A DNA stretch of 29,644 nucleotides from Candidatus Methylomirabilota bacterium. GTDB taxonomy: Bacteria; Methylomirabilota; Methylomirabilia; Rokubacteriales; CSP1-6. Each line of letters starts with the position of its first letter. Position 1 is the first letter of the stretch. Below, piece after piece: positions 11,378 through 21,400 of this stretch. Made by a program: the position numbers and the translations under genes. The notes beneath the pieces are model-generated. The model was not told the origin of the DNA. It saw nothing but the letters and a program-made list of their open reading frames with translations, and did not search any database. The stretch is taken from assembly GCA_046726415.1 (NCBI GenBank), contig JBKPAK010000059.1:1-29644 (forward strand), in the 5' to 3' direction.

Positions 11378-12235
11378 TCAATCTTTCACGAACACGAACT
11401 CGTTGCAGCCCAATCCGACGCCGCCGCATTTCAGCTTGGTCAAAGTAAACCCGCGCGTCCGGTAGAAATCAAAAATCTCTTCGGGTCGAGCCACCTCGTA
11501 AGGATGGCCGCCGACCCAATCAATGATGTCGCGCCAGCGGTTCATGCCTCTCGACTGGTCGTAATTTGTCCATGAGCGCCAGTAATCCTGCGGGCGCAAG
11601 CTAAGGAGCGAGCGCAGCAGCGCCTTCCCTTCTTCGGGGGCGATGACGAGGGCGGCAAACGGAGTGCGCAAGGGTTTGGGCAACTCGTTGTATTTTCGTT
11701 TAATCCATTTCCGGCGCGCGCTCTGGCGGCCCGTGTCGTTATAGATGGCGATGAATAATTTTCCGCTCCGCTTGACCGGCAGCCTGGCATTATCGAGCGC
11801 CTGCCACATCTGCCCGGTGTGATGCAGCACGCCCCATGGATAAACGACATCAAACGTGCCCAGAGATGTCAGGTATTCACGATGCAAGGCGGACTCTTCG
11901 GCAATCGTCCAGCTCTCATCGTCCGGAAAGTAGCGTCGCCGCAGCTCGGTCGTGCAGGCGACCGAATGCGGGTCGAAATCAAAGGAATGGACGCACGCTC
12001 CCAAACGACGCGCCGCCAGGCTGAAGAGGCCGCTGCCGCTGCCGATGTCGAGAAAACTCTTTCCCGTGAGGTCTTCGGTCTCCAACATCTGCCTGAGTGA
12101 TTTCTCGGCTTCCGTGATGCGCTTGTCGTTTAAGAGCGAGAGGAAACGAGACCAGCTTTTCCCAAACTCGAACCTGTCGCCGCGCGCAACTGCATCGGCG
12201 TGCAGGCCCTTTTCACTTGTGATTTCAGATACCAT
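11378..12235 (-). CDS. Class I SAM-dependent methyltransferase
   Basis: RFEFGKSW, FLDIGSGSGLFSLAA, HSFDFD, FDVVYPWGVLHHTG, CNEFVF. ATG 12235 preferred over the GTG at 12277. Confidence 0.88.
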   Translation of the reverse strand: MVSEITSEKGLHADAVARGDRFEFGKSWSRFLSLLNDKRITEAEKSLRQMLETEDLTGKSFLDIGSGSGLFSLAARRLGACVHSFDFDPHSVACTTELRRRYFPDDESWTIAEESALHREYLTSLGTFDVVYPWGVLHHTGQMWQALDNARLPVKRSGKLFIAIYNDTGRQSARRKWIKRKYNELPKPLRTPFAALVIAPEEGKALLRSLLSLRPQDYWRSWTNYDQSRGMNRWRDIIDWVGGHPYEVARPEEIFDFYRTRGFTLTKLKCGGVGLGCNEFVFVKD

Positions 12236-12400
12236 TTTGGGTCTTGGCCTAAGCCAGGTAGATAATCCGTTGCCCACCCTGCGAGTTTTTCCTGGCGCTC
12301 TTTGCGGTTAAGTTCTTATTTTAAACGCAAAGGAAATCCCGCCGGTGGGCGCAAACAACTTTTTATGCTCTGCCTGCTCTCTTCATCTCCTTTTTACCGT

Positions 12401-12625
12401 TTAGCGTCCTCGTCCAACGAGTTGAGGGTCAAGGTTCGCGCCGAGGTCTCCGAGCCCGGCCTTTTTGAGCGGGCTATCGGGACGCAAACGATAGTCGCCG
12501 TGTTCCGGATCAACGAATCGGAGTTGCTTGAGCGAGACGGGATACACGTTGCGCCTGGTGAGCCGCGTCGCATCGCCTCCGATGATAGCGTTATTCATCA
12601 CCACGCCGTCCGGGAAATACATTTC
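12401..12625 (-). pseudogene. C-terminal relic of a parallel beta-helix (pectin-lyase-fold) protein
   Basis: YFPDGVVMNNAIIGG..FVDPEHGDYRLRPDSPLKKAG..DLGAN carries the typical FVD..GDYRL..DSP..G..DLGA terminal cap; the 5' part is cut off at a transposase relic. Confidence 0.6.
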
Positions 12626-12699
12626 CGGCGGCGGGGCGAAGCGAGGGGACGGGGCCACGGGCGGAGCCGTCGCCCGGGTCGTTGGGTTCTCAGAGTGAG

Positions 12700-12897
12700 A
12701 GTTCTAGGTGGGCGGCGCTGCTGCGCCGGGTCTTCGCCCTGGACGTCTTTCAGTGCCCGCGCTGCGGCGGCCGGCGGCGGATCGTGGGGGTCCACACCGG
12801 CGGCGAGAGCCTGCGGGTCTTGCTCGAGCGGCTCGGGTTGGTGATCGCCTCGCCATCCGCGGAGCCGTCGCGCTCGCCGCCGCGACGGGGAGCGTAG
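12700..12897 (+). pseudogene. IS91-like (IS801/IS1294, Y2) transposase C-terminal relic
   Basis: SRWAALLRRVFALDVFQCPRCGGRRRIV..LLERLGL..PSRSPP. Confidence 0.75.
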
Positions 12898-13699
12898 CCG
12901 AACACGCCACTCGTCCCGGCATTCACTCGCCGGATCCGGCCTCGCGCCGTCGTCTGCCTCCCGGCTTCGTTCTGGCTCTGGCCGCTCCCGGCTTCTTCTC
13001 TACGAATGCACGGTTCTCGACAGATCGCCGCCCTTCTGAGCACCTCCGAGGGTCATCGCCCTTCCCGGACGCTTGACTTCGCCCTCCGGGGAGCGCGATC
13101 GTGGCCTGCGGCAGGGGGCAAGGGGGAAGGGTTGGCGGCGCCGGCCTTTCACGCGTCAGGTTCACCGGGGCCCGCTTCCGGAGCAGATCCGAGCCGAACT
13201 CGTGGAGATGCCGGCAGAAACGCTGGTCTCCGCCGTGCTCTCCCGCCCGACTTCCACGGTCGTAACCCCGTGGAAAAACGCCGGTGGTCCGAGCAAAGTG
13301 CTGTCGTGATTGACAAACCCTCGATTCATCACGGGGCTTGCTTTCACCTCACGACCCGGTGGCAACTACGGCGGACATCGGGTCTTCGCTCGGGGATCAA
13401 GTACGACGCTCTTTGCCATCCATCGGCCATCGAGCGCGTGGAGGCGGTGGCCGGACTGGCCCTGGAAGCCGTCAGAAAGGAGCCCTGATGGGCGGCCACC
13501 GACCCCCGCGCCGACAGGGAACGGATGCTTGGCGCCTCGTCTGCCGCAGACCGCCGTGAGTTTGGCCACGCCTGGCGTGCGCTGGCTGCATCGTCGCCCC
13601 TCGCGAAGTCTGGGCCGCTCTGGGACGTCTACCACCGCTATTTCGGAAAGGATGACGATCGCGTCCTGGTCTGGCGCGCGCGCCGTCACGCGTGATAAA

Positions 13700-13975
13700 T
13701 CCAACCCTGCCCGAACGGATTGTTCCTGCTTCTCCCGGAGCCACGCCGGCAGATGCAGCCCGCGGTCGCCGACCTCCGCGATGGCCCGGCCGACCCAGCG
13801 CCGCCACTCCGCCCAGTGGTACTCGTTGAGCGCAGCCGTCACCAGCACGCGGCTCACCAGGTCCGGGAGCCCCGCGGTCCGCCGGCCCGAGCGCCGGTGA
13901 GATGCGCACGATCTCCACCTTCTGGTCGCGGATCTCGACGAGAAACGCGTCCAGCGAGTCGAAGAGGAGCTTCAT
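13700..13975 (-). pseudogene. Small hypothetical protein (paralog A), frameshifted near 13890; 3' end uncertain
   Basis: MKLLFDSLDAFLVEIRDQKVEIVRISPAL then (new frame) TAGLPDLVSRVLVTAALNEYHWAEWRRWVGRAIAEVGDRGLHLPAWLREKQ; aligns with 14310-14674. Confidence 0.6.
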
Positions 13976-14018
13976 CGCGTGTGCGTCCTTTCCGCGTGCT
14001 CACTCGCCTGGCGGCGGC

Positions 14019-14273
14019 TCACAAGCGCCGGCCCTCGCGCTCCAGCGCCCGGGTCAGGGTCTCGATCGTGACGGCCAGCCGCTCGGACGCCGTGGCGTTT
14101 CGCTCGATCACGTCGAGCAGGCGCTCCTCGCGCTTCGCCTGCTGCTCGCGCTCGGCCTGGTGGTTGTGGCGCTCCCGGAGAAAGTCCAGGCGGTAGTAGA
14201 TGAAGATCACGCACGCCAGCAGCCCGCCGACGCCAAGCGGCGACACCATCTTGATCAGGTCGAGATCCGGCAT
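14019..14273 (-). CDS. Small membrane protein, BhlA/UviB holin-like architecture
   Basis: 84 aa: MPDLDLIKMVSPLGVGGLLACVIFIYYR (one TM helix), then a charged coiled-coil tail with KREERLLDVIERN. Confidence 0.6.
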   Translation of the reverse strand: MPDLDLIKMVSPLGVGGLLACVIFIYYRLDFLRERHNHQAEREQQAKREERLLDVIERNATASERLAVTIETLTRALEREGRRL

Positions 14274-14309
14274 CAGCGTGGCCTCGCCGAGCTGGTCGTC
14301 GGCATCGCG

Positions 14310-14674
14310 ATCACTCGACAATCCCGTTCATCGCCTCGGCGTCGTGGGCGAGGATTCCATCGCGCACGCCGAGGCCGGCCTCAGTCACGCGCGCGAATCT
14401 CCCTGGTCTTCTCCTTCTGGAGCTCGGCGAGCCGTGCCGGGACGGCTGCCCCGTACTCCGTCACCTCCGCGCAGCCTCGCCCAACCAGGAGACGCCACTC
14501 CGTCCAGAGGTTCCAATCGAGCCGCGCCGTCACCACCACCCACGCCGTGTAGCGCGGGATGCCGTTCGAGACGAAGTCGCTGCTCTGCAGGAACGCGGCG
14601 ACGCGCACCGCCTCGACCTTTCGCTCCTTCACCTCATGCAGCAGCGCCGTCAGCGAACCGTGGACGATCTTCAC
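14310..14674 (-). CDS. Small hypothetical protein (paralog B), possible frameshift near 14390
   Basis: GGAGG upstream of GTG 14674; VKIVHGSLTALLHEVKERKVEAVRV..GIPRYTAWVVVTARLDWNLWTEWRLLVGRGCAEV. In-frame stop at 14381, but an alternative frame continues RVTEAGLGVRDGILAHDAEAMNGIVE* to ~14310. Confidence 0.6.
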
Positions 14675-14731
14675 GGCCCTCACGCCTCCCGGCGCCCATC
14701 TCGACGAACACCGCGCCGATGGGAGAGACAA

Positions 14732-14747
14732 GGCAGAGGTGATGCCA
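14732..14747 (-). promoter_or_regulatory. Candidate sigma54 (-24/-12) promoter
   Basis: Minus strand TGGCATCACCTCTGCC has GG-N10-GC spacing and lies ~60 nt upstream of GTG 14674. Confidence 0.4.
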
Positions 14748-14837
14748 CGGTGACGCGACGGCGAGCGGGAGGGCAACTCCGCGAGATATGGAAGCGATCG
14801 GGGCGTGAGGCGTGCCGCAGAATGGCCCGCGGACCGT

Positions 14838-14866
14838 TGTCGTTTCGTGTCGTTTCGTGTCGTTTC
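14838..14866. repeat. Three tandem 10-bp repeats TGTCGTTTCG
   Basis: TGTCGTTTCG TGTCGTTTCG TGTCGTTTC in the intergenic gap between divergent genes. Confidence 0.85.
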
Positions 14867-14994
14867 TCACGGGTCGCGGTCGCGCGGTGTCTCGGAAACC
14901 GCGCACCGTCAGGGATCGCGGCACCACGTCTGGCGCGGTCTGCTCTTTGCACTCGCTAGCGCGACAAGATGGACGCGCGGTCCGGCGTAGCCCT

Positions 14995-15495
14995 GTGATC
15001 GATGGCGCGAAGTCGGATCTCGTGCGGATTCTGCTTGAGCCTCAGCGCATCGCCGGGCTCGCTGCCGCCGACGTCCCGACGCTCCTTGGCGATCTCGAGC
15101 GAGTGAGGGCTGCCTTGTGGGACCGGATGCTTCGAGGCTCCAGAGCGGAAACCCCTACCGCAGCCGGCGACGCGGACGAGGTTCTCACCGTCCCCGAGGT
15201 GGCCCTCGAGCTGAGATTCACCCGCGCCTACGTCTATGAAGCCATCCGCCGCGGCGATGTCACCGCCGTTCGCAAGGGAAAGTACGTCCGGATCCGGCGG
15301 GCAGATCTCCGCGCGCGGCTCGAGGGGCGGTGGCCGAACGGGCTTGACCCGCGGCCGGCGCGCGCCGATAGTTCACGACATGCTGCTGTGCGTGCCGTCC
15401 CGAGATCTCGGGCGCGCGTGGCCGCAGGTGTATCCACGGAGATACACACCAGCAGGCAAGCCACCGCACACACGCCCCGGAACGCTGACGTCTGA
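14995..15495 (+). CDS. Excisionase-family (HTH_17) DNA-binding protein
   Basis: EVLTVPEVALELRFTRAYVYEAIRRGDVTAVRKGKYVRIRRADLRA, directly upstream of the integrase; start GTG 14995 is tentative. Confidence 0.8.
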   Translation: MIDGAKSDLVRILLEPQRIAGLAAADVPTLLGDLERVRAALWDRMLRGSRAETPTAAGDADEVLTVPEVALELRFTRAYVYEAIRRGDVTAVRKGKYVRIRRADLRARLEGRWPNGLDPRPARADSSRHAAVRAVPRSRARVAAGVSTEIHTSRQATAHTPRNADV

Positions 15496-15507
15496 GAGAC
15501 GACGCTG

Positions 15508-16784
15508 ATGGCGTCGATCCGCCGGCGCAAGCGTGCCAAGCGCGATGTTTGGTGTGTGGACTACCGGGACGGCGCTGGCGTACGCCGCCGCATGAACGCT
15601 CTAACGCGAGAGATTGCCGAGGATCTCCTCGCCGAGAAGATCCGCGAGAGCCGTCAGGCGGCTCCGGAGGTGATCGATCGCGAGATCACCCCCGCCGCGT
15701 ACGCCGCGCGCTGGCTCGCCCAGATCGAGACCGACATCAAATACCGAACGCACGTCTCCTACTCGGAGACCCTCGACCGCTACATCCTGCCCACCCTCGG
15801 GCGTGTGAAGGTGCGTGCGCTCCATCGCGGCGTCATCAGGGATCTCCTTGGGCGACGGCGAGGTCAGGGCCTGAGCAAGAACACGGTCCGTCTAATCCGC
15901 GGAAGTGCTGTCGGTGCTCCTCGGCGACGCCGTCGACGATGGAATCATCCGACGAACCCGGCGCTCCAGATGGGACGGCGACGGCGGAAGCGGGCGGACT
16001 CGCTCAGCCAGGCAGAGCGCCTCAGGAGGGTTCGCCCAATGTCGAGCGAGCAGCTCGCTGCCTTCCTAAAGGCCGCGCTGCGTCCAGAGCACCACCGGCT
16101 TTACCCGCTCTTTCTCACGCTCGCACGTGCGGGCCTGCGCCCGGGCGAGGCCTTTGGCCTCCAGTGGGACGACGTCGACTTCGTCGAGCGGACGCTCCAG
16201 GTCGAGCGGAGCTACTCGCGCGGGTCGCTGGACACGACGAAGACCGGCGAGAGTCGCCACGTCGACATGCGCCAGGAGCTCGCGCGCGTGCTCCGCCGGC
16301 TCGAGGTCGACCGCGCCGCGGAGACGCTCGCCGCGGGTGGAAGGCACGGCCGCCGTGGGTGTTCTGCTCCGAGGTCGGCACGCCGCGGGACCTCTACAAC
16401 GTGACGCGCGTCTTCAAGCGCACCCTCAAGGCGGCGAGCCTGCCGAACTTCCGGCTCTACGACCTCCGCCACACGTTCGCCACGCTTCTCCTAGCCCAGA
16501 GCGCGCCGATCACCTACGTCGCTGCGCAGCTCGGCCACAGCAAGCCGACGACCACGCTCCAGTGGTACGCGCACTGGCTGCCAAGCGGCCGGCGCAGCTT
16601 CGTGGACGCGCTGGATGATCCGAGCGTGGTACCGGAGGGCACGGTGGTCGGCCTCGAGGCCCCCGTGGTGACGATCGAGAACCCGGTCGTCAAACTGCCA
16701 CCGCGGCGCGGTGGCACGCCACGTGGCACCAATTTGGCGCCCCATTTTCAGAATCTTCGAATGGCGAGTGCCAAGTGGGCGTGA
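15508..16784 (+). pseudogene. Phage-type tyrosine integrase, frameshifted
   Basis: WCVDYRD..GLSKNTVRLIR; compensating shifts near 15903 and 15948 hide VLSVLLGDAVDDGII; AGLRPGEA, TTKTG; shift near 16330 to RLYDLRHTFAT..QLGHS..TLQWY. Confidence 0.88.
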
Positions 16785-16788
16785 GTGT

Positions 16789-16835
16789 TGGCTCCCCAGG
16801 CAGGTCTCGAACCTGCGACATCCTGATTAACAGTC
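16789..16835 (-). other. 3' half of tRNA-Asn(GTT): integration (att) core remnant, not an intact tRNA
   Basis: Minus strand GA-CTGTTAA-TCAGG-ATGTC-GCAGG-TTCGAGA-CCTGC-CTGGGGA-G-CCA gives the anticodon loop, T-arm, 3' acceptor strand, G73 and CCA. No 5' acceptor strand or D-arm upstream. It lies 4 bp from the integrase stop. Confidence 0.9.
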
Positions 16836-17370
16836 CCGCGCCAGGCCCGAATTGCGGACACGCGTCGCGCTCTATCCGCACACATAGCGCAACGACCGCT
16901 CCATCCCACTGCGGGGAAGCATCATGGTGGATTCCGGTGTGTTGGAGCCACCGTGGAGCCAGGCCTCCGACATCATGGCCCACCCAGCCCGGAGGGCTCT
17001 CATGAATCCTCGGTACCCCTCGCGCCTTCCACGCGCCAGGCGCCCTGACCACCGTAGTAGGCAGTGCCACGAGGTCACCCGTCACCCGATGCTCGTGAAC
17101 TTTCGGGCCCTCGTCCTCGTCGGCGCCGCTCACTCAGGCACCCCCGGCTGCAGAGGGCAGAACATGCTCGGGGGGGTGCATCGACCTACCGGCGTGTCAG
17201 CCAGAGGGCTCCGTCCTCTACCGCACCGTCCGGGGGGAACGCGCCCGTGGCGCCTGCGCTCAAGGGCGGCGTCCTGTCCGCGTGCGATAATACCGTCATG
17301 GCGTGGTGAGAGGGCTTTGCATAGCTGAGCTCCTAGCGATGACAGCCAACGCGGCGGACTCACAAGTCCG

Positions 17371-17489
17371 TCACTCGATCCTTGATAGCCCGCAGCAGGA
17401 GTGGTTGCGAGATAGTGAGGCCGAGCGTCTTGGCGGCTCTGAGGTTGATCACGAGCTCGAACTTCGTGGGCTGTTCGACCGGCAGATCG
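17371..17489 (-). pseudogene. C-terminal relic of an ABC-type substrate-binding protein
   Basis: [34 protein letters not shown] is the stereotyped C-terminus of this family. Confidence 0.8.
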
Positions 17490-17660
17490 ATGGGTCGAAG
17501 CTCACCTTTGTGTCTCCCTCGAACCTCGGCGCGGTCAGGACCACCGGCGCCCACGCCCCGACGCGGACGATCAAATCGAAGGCGGCATAGTACTCCGCAA
17601 CGGGCGCGAAATGCAGTTCCACGCCCACGCTTGTCGCCGGTGAGATCCGTAGTATCGCTC

Positions 17661-18149
17661 ATGCAGGTCCAGGTCGCGGCGATGCTGCTGCTGGCCATCG
17701 GGCTGGGGGCGTGCGCTTCCAGCTCGCCGACCCTGCCCTATCAACCCGCGGCGCAGCCGGCGGGCGCCACCGTCTCTGCGGGTTACACCATCGTGGCCGA
17801 CCGCCTGCGCGTCGAGGTCGACGGCGGCGGCCGGCGGCTCGAGCGGGCCCAGATCGTCAAGCCCGACGGGGCCGTGCTCGAGGCCCAGACCATCGAGTAC
17901 ACCGCGCCCCGCGTGGTCGGCGGGGGCCCGGCCAGCATCGGATTCGGGATCGGCAGCTTCGGAGGCTGGGGCGGTGGTGTCGGCACCGGCGTCGGAGTCT
18001 CGACCGCCACCACCGTGGGTGGCTGGGGCGGCGGGAGCGCGACCGCGATCGCGTCGTTCCCTCTCGCGCAGGCGGGGCCCCGCCCGTGGCGGGTGCGGGT
18101 TAGCCTCGAGGCCGTGGAGCCCACCGACATCCTGGTCGGCGAGCCGTAG
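17661..18149 (+). CDS. Predicted lipoprotein with a glycine-rich segment
   Basis: [18 protein letters not shown] lipobox; [23 protein letters not shown]. Confidence 0.75.
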   Translation: MQVQVAAMLLLAIGLGACASSSPTLPYQPAAQPAGATVSAGYTIVADRLRVEVDGGGRRLERAQIVKPDGAVLEAQTIEYTAPRVVGGGPASIGFGIGSFGGWGGGVGTGVGVSTATTVGGWGGGSATAIASFPLAQAGPRPWRVRVSLEAVEPTDILVGEP

Positions 18150-18169
18150 TCGAAGGGGACCTACGAGGG

Positions 18170-18245
18170 ATGGGATCAGGTACTCGATGACCTGTTGTTG
18201 GTGGCGGTTGACCCATCCAGCGAGGGTCACGAGCAGCAGCAAGGG
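18170..18245 (-). pseudogene. N-terminal relic of an integrase-core transposase
   Basis: LLLLVTLAGWVNRHQQQVIEYL is the characteristic N-terminus of the family whose C-terminus is seen at 2-583. Confidence 0.6.
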
Positions 18246-18493
18246 GGAGAGATCGGCTCTCGCCCGATCTCGCCTTCGCCAGCCGCGCTGACGGTCACGA
18301 CCCCACCGCAGCCCTTACCGCTGGCCGTTGCGCAGCGCCAGCCGGAGCACGGCCGTGGGGAAGGAGCGCCGCCCCCCAGTGCCTTTCGACCGCCTGCGCT
18401 CTCGGGCCGCTTCTTGACCCTGCCCGTGACCGAGGCTAACGTCACCGCAACCGTCTCGAGCTCCGGCCCGCGGAGCCGTTAGGGGAGCCGCTA

Positions 18494-21400
18494 ATGAGGT
18501 GTCCGGTGTGCGCGCACGAGAATCCGCCGCCGGCGAGGTTTTGCCGGGAGTGCGGAGCGCGCCTTGCCCCTCGGTGCGCTGAGTGCGATGCCGAGCTTCC
18601 GGCGGCGGCAAAGTTCTGTGCCGAGTGTGGGCACCCGGTCGGTGGACCATCCACGGTGCAGAGCCGCTTCAGTTCGCCCCAGTCCTACACCCCCAAGCAC
18701 CTTGCCGAGAGGATCCTCACCTCTCGGTCCGCCCTCGAAGGCGAGCGCAAGCAGGTGACCATGCTCTTCGCCGACGTACGGGGGTCCATGGAACTGCTCG
18801 CCGGCCAAGACCCCGAGGAGGCGCGGACGATCCTCGACCCGGTCCTCGAGCTGATGATGGAGGCCGTCCACCGGTACGAGGGCACGGTCAACCAGGTGAT
18901 GGGCGATGGGATCATGGCGCTGTTCGGCGCGCCCATCGCCCAGGAAGACCACGCCGTTCGCGCGTGCTACGCCGCGTTGCGGATGCAGGAGGCGGTCAAG
19001 CGGCACTCGGAGGGCGGACGCCGTGTCACGGGGAGTCCAATCCAGATCCGCGTCGGACTCAACTCCGGTGACGTCGTCGTCCGCTCGATCGGTTCCGACT
19101 TGAGAATGGACTACTCCGCGATCGGGCAGGCCACGCATCTCGCCGCTCGCATGGAACAGCTGGCAGCGCCGGGCTCGATCCTGATGACCGCCCACTCGCT
19201 GCGCCTGGCCGAGGCCTACGTCGAGGTGAAGCCGCTCGGCCTCGTTCACGTGAAGGGGATGAGCCAGCCCGTGGAAGTCTACGAGCTCACGAGGGCGAGC
19301 CGGGTGCGGACGCGTTTCCAGGCGTCGGCGGCGCGCGGCCTCACGCCTTTCGTGGGGCGCGACGTGGAGGTCGACGAACTTCATCGGGCGCTCGAGCGTG
19401 CCCGCGAGGGCCACGGACAGCTCTGCGCAATCGTCGGGCAGCCGGGCGTCGGCAAGTCCCGCCTCTTCCACGAGTTCATCCATTCCCCGGTCACCGCCGA
19501 CTGGCTGGTGCTCGAGAGCGAGTCGATCTCGTACGGGAAGGTCCGGCCCTACCTGCCCTTCATCGATCTGCTGAAGGGCTACTTCCGCATCGAAGATCGC
19601 GACGACGAGCGAAAGATCCGCGAAAAGGTCACCGGTCGGCTTCTCAGCGCCGACGAGGCCCTCCCCGCCTCGCTGCCCGCGTTTCTCGCGCTCCTCGACG
19701 TCGCCGTGGTCGATGCGCGGTGGCAGACGCTCGATCCCCCCCAGCGCCGCCACGAGACTCTCAACGCCGTCCGGCGGTTGCTCCTGTGGGAGACGCGAAT
19801 TCAGCCGGTCCTGATCGCGATCGAGAACCTTCAGTGGATCGATTCCGAGAGCCAGACCTTGCTCGACAGCCTCGTCGAGTGCGCGCCCACCGCCCGCATG
19901 CTCCTCCTCGTCAATTATCGCCCCGGGTATCGGCACGCCTGGGGTGACCGGACTTACTACAGTCAGATCCGGCTCGATCCGCTGCCTCCGAAGAGCGCCG
20001 AGGAGTTCCTGGACGCCCTCGTCGGCGACGACGCCGGGCTCCAGCAGCTCAAGCAGGTATTAATCGAGCGCACGGAGGGCAATCCCCTCTTCCTGGAGGA
20101 GAGCGTTCGCGCGTTGATCGAGACCCACGCGCTGATCGGGGAGCGCGGAGTGTACCGCGCGGCCAAGGACGTCAGCGCCCCCGAGGTGGCCCCGACGGTG
20201 CAGGCCGTGCTGGCCGCGCGCATCGACCGTCTGGCCAGCGCCGACAAGCACCTGCTCCAATGCGCGGCGGTCATCGGGAAGGAGGTTCCGTTCACCCTGC
20301 TCCGAGCCCTCGCCGACGAACGTGACGACGAGGTCCGTGGCGGCCTCCGGCGACTGCAGGACGCCGAGTTGCTGTACGAGACGGCGCTCTTTCCCGAGCT
20401 CGAGTACACGTTCAAGCACGCGCTCACCCACGAGGTCGCCTACGGTAGTCTGCTCCACGACCGTCGGCGCCTGCTCCACGCCCGGATCGTCGAGGTCATC
20501 GAGGCGCTCTATCCCGACCGCGTGGCCGAGCATGTGGAGCGACTGGCCAGCCACGCCTTCCGGGCGGAAATGTGGGACCGGGCGTGGACCTATCTACGGC
20601 AGGCCGGCACGAAGGCGTTGTCGCGCTCGGCCAACCGGGAGGCGGCTGCCTACTTCGAACAGGCCTTGATGGCCCTCCCGCATCTGCCGGAGACGACGGA
20701 GGGGCTCGCCCAGGCGATCGATGTGCGCTTCGACCTGCGCAATGCCCTCTTGCCCCTCGGGGAGTTCGACCGCTTCTATGGCTACCTCCGCGAAGCAGAG
20801 GCGTTGGCCCTCAAGCTGGACGATCGGCGGCGGCTGGGTTGGGTCTCGGTCTACGTGTGCCACTACCTGTGGATGACGGGACGCTCGACTGAGGCCCGCG
20901 CGGTCGGTCAGAGCGCGTGTGACATCGCGGCAACCCTTGGTGATTTTCCGCTCACCGTCGTGGCGAACTTCTATCTCGGCCTGGCCTGCTTCGCGGGCGG
21001 CGACTACCCCCGGGCCGCGGGGCTTCTGCGAAGCGCCTTGCGGTCGCTCGAGGGTGACCTGAGTCGAGAGCGCTGTGGCCTGGCCGGGTTTCCGGCTGCC
21101 ATGTCGCGCTCCTACCTGGGGCTGGCGGTGGGGCAGCTCGGCGACTTCGATGAAGGCATCGCGCACGTGGAGGAAGGTGTGCGGTGCGCCGAGGCGGCCG
21201 ATCACCCGTACAGCCTCATCGTCGCGTGCTGGAGTCTCGGATCCCTCTACGGCATCAGGGGGAATCTCGGCGACGCGGCCCGCGTGCTCGAGCGCGCCCG
21301 TGCCCTGTGCCGCGAGTGGAAGCTTGCCGTGCTGTCGCCGCTCGTCACCGGCCCCCTGGGCTACGTGCACGCGCTCTCGGGTCGGCTCGCGCAAGGCTTG

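Noticed and set aside
13006-13700. Several overlapping ORFs on both strands
   Set aside because: No recognisable motifs or consistent start signals; probably a degraded junction.
16789-16865. Intact tRNA-Asn
   Set aside because: The 5' acceptor strand and D-arm are missing, and the anticodon stem pairs for only 2 bp.
16840-17360. ORFs or structured RNA to the right of the att site
   Set aside because: Only low-complexity ORFs and no convincing fold beyond the short direct repeats already reported.
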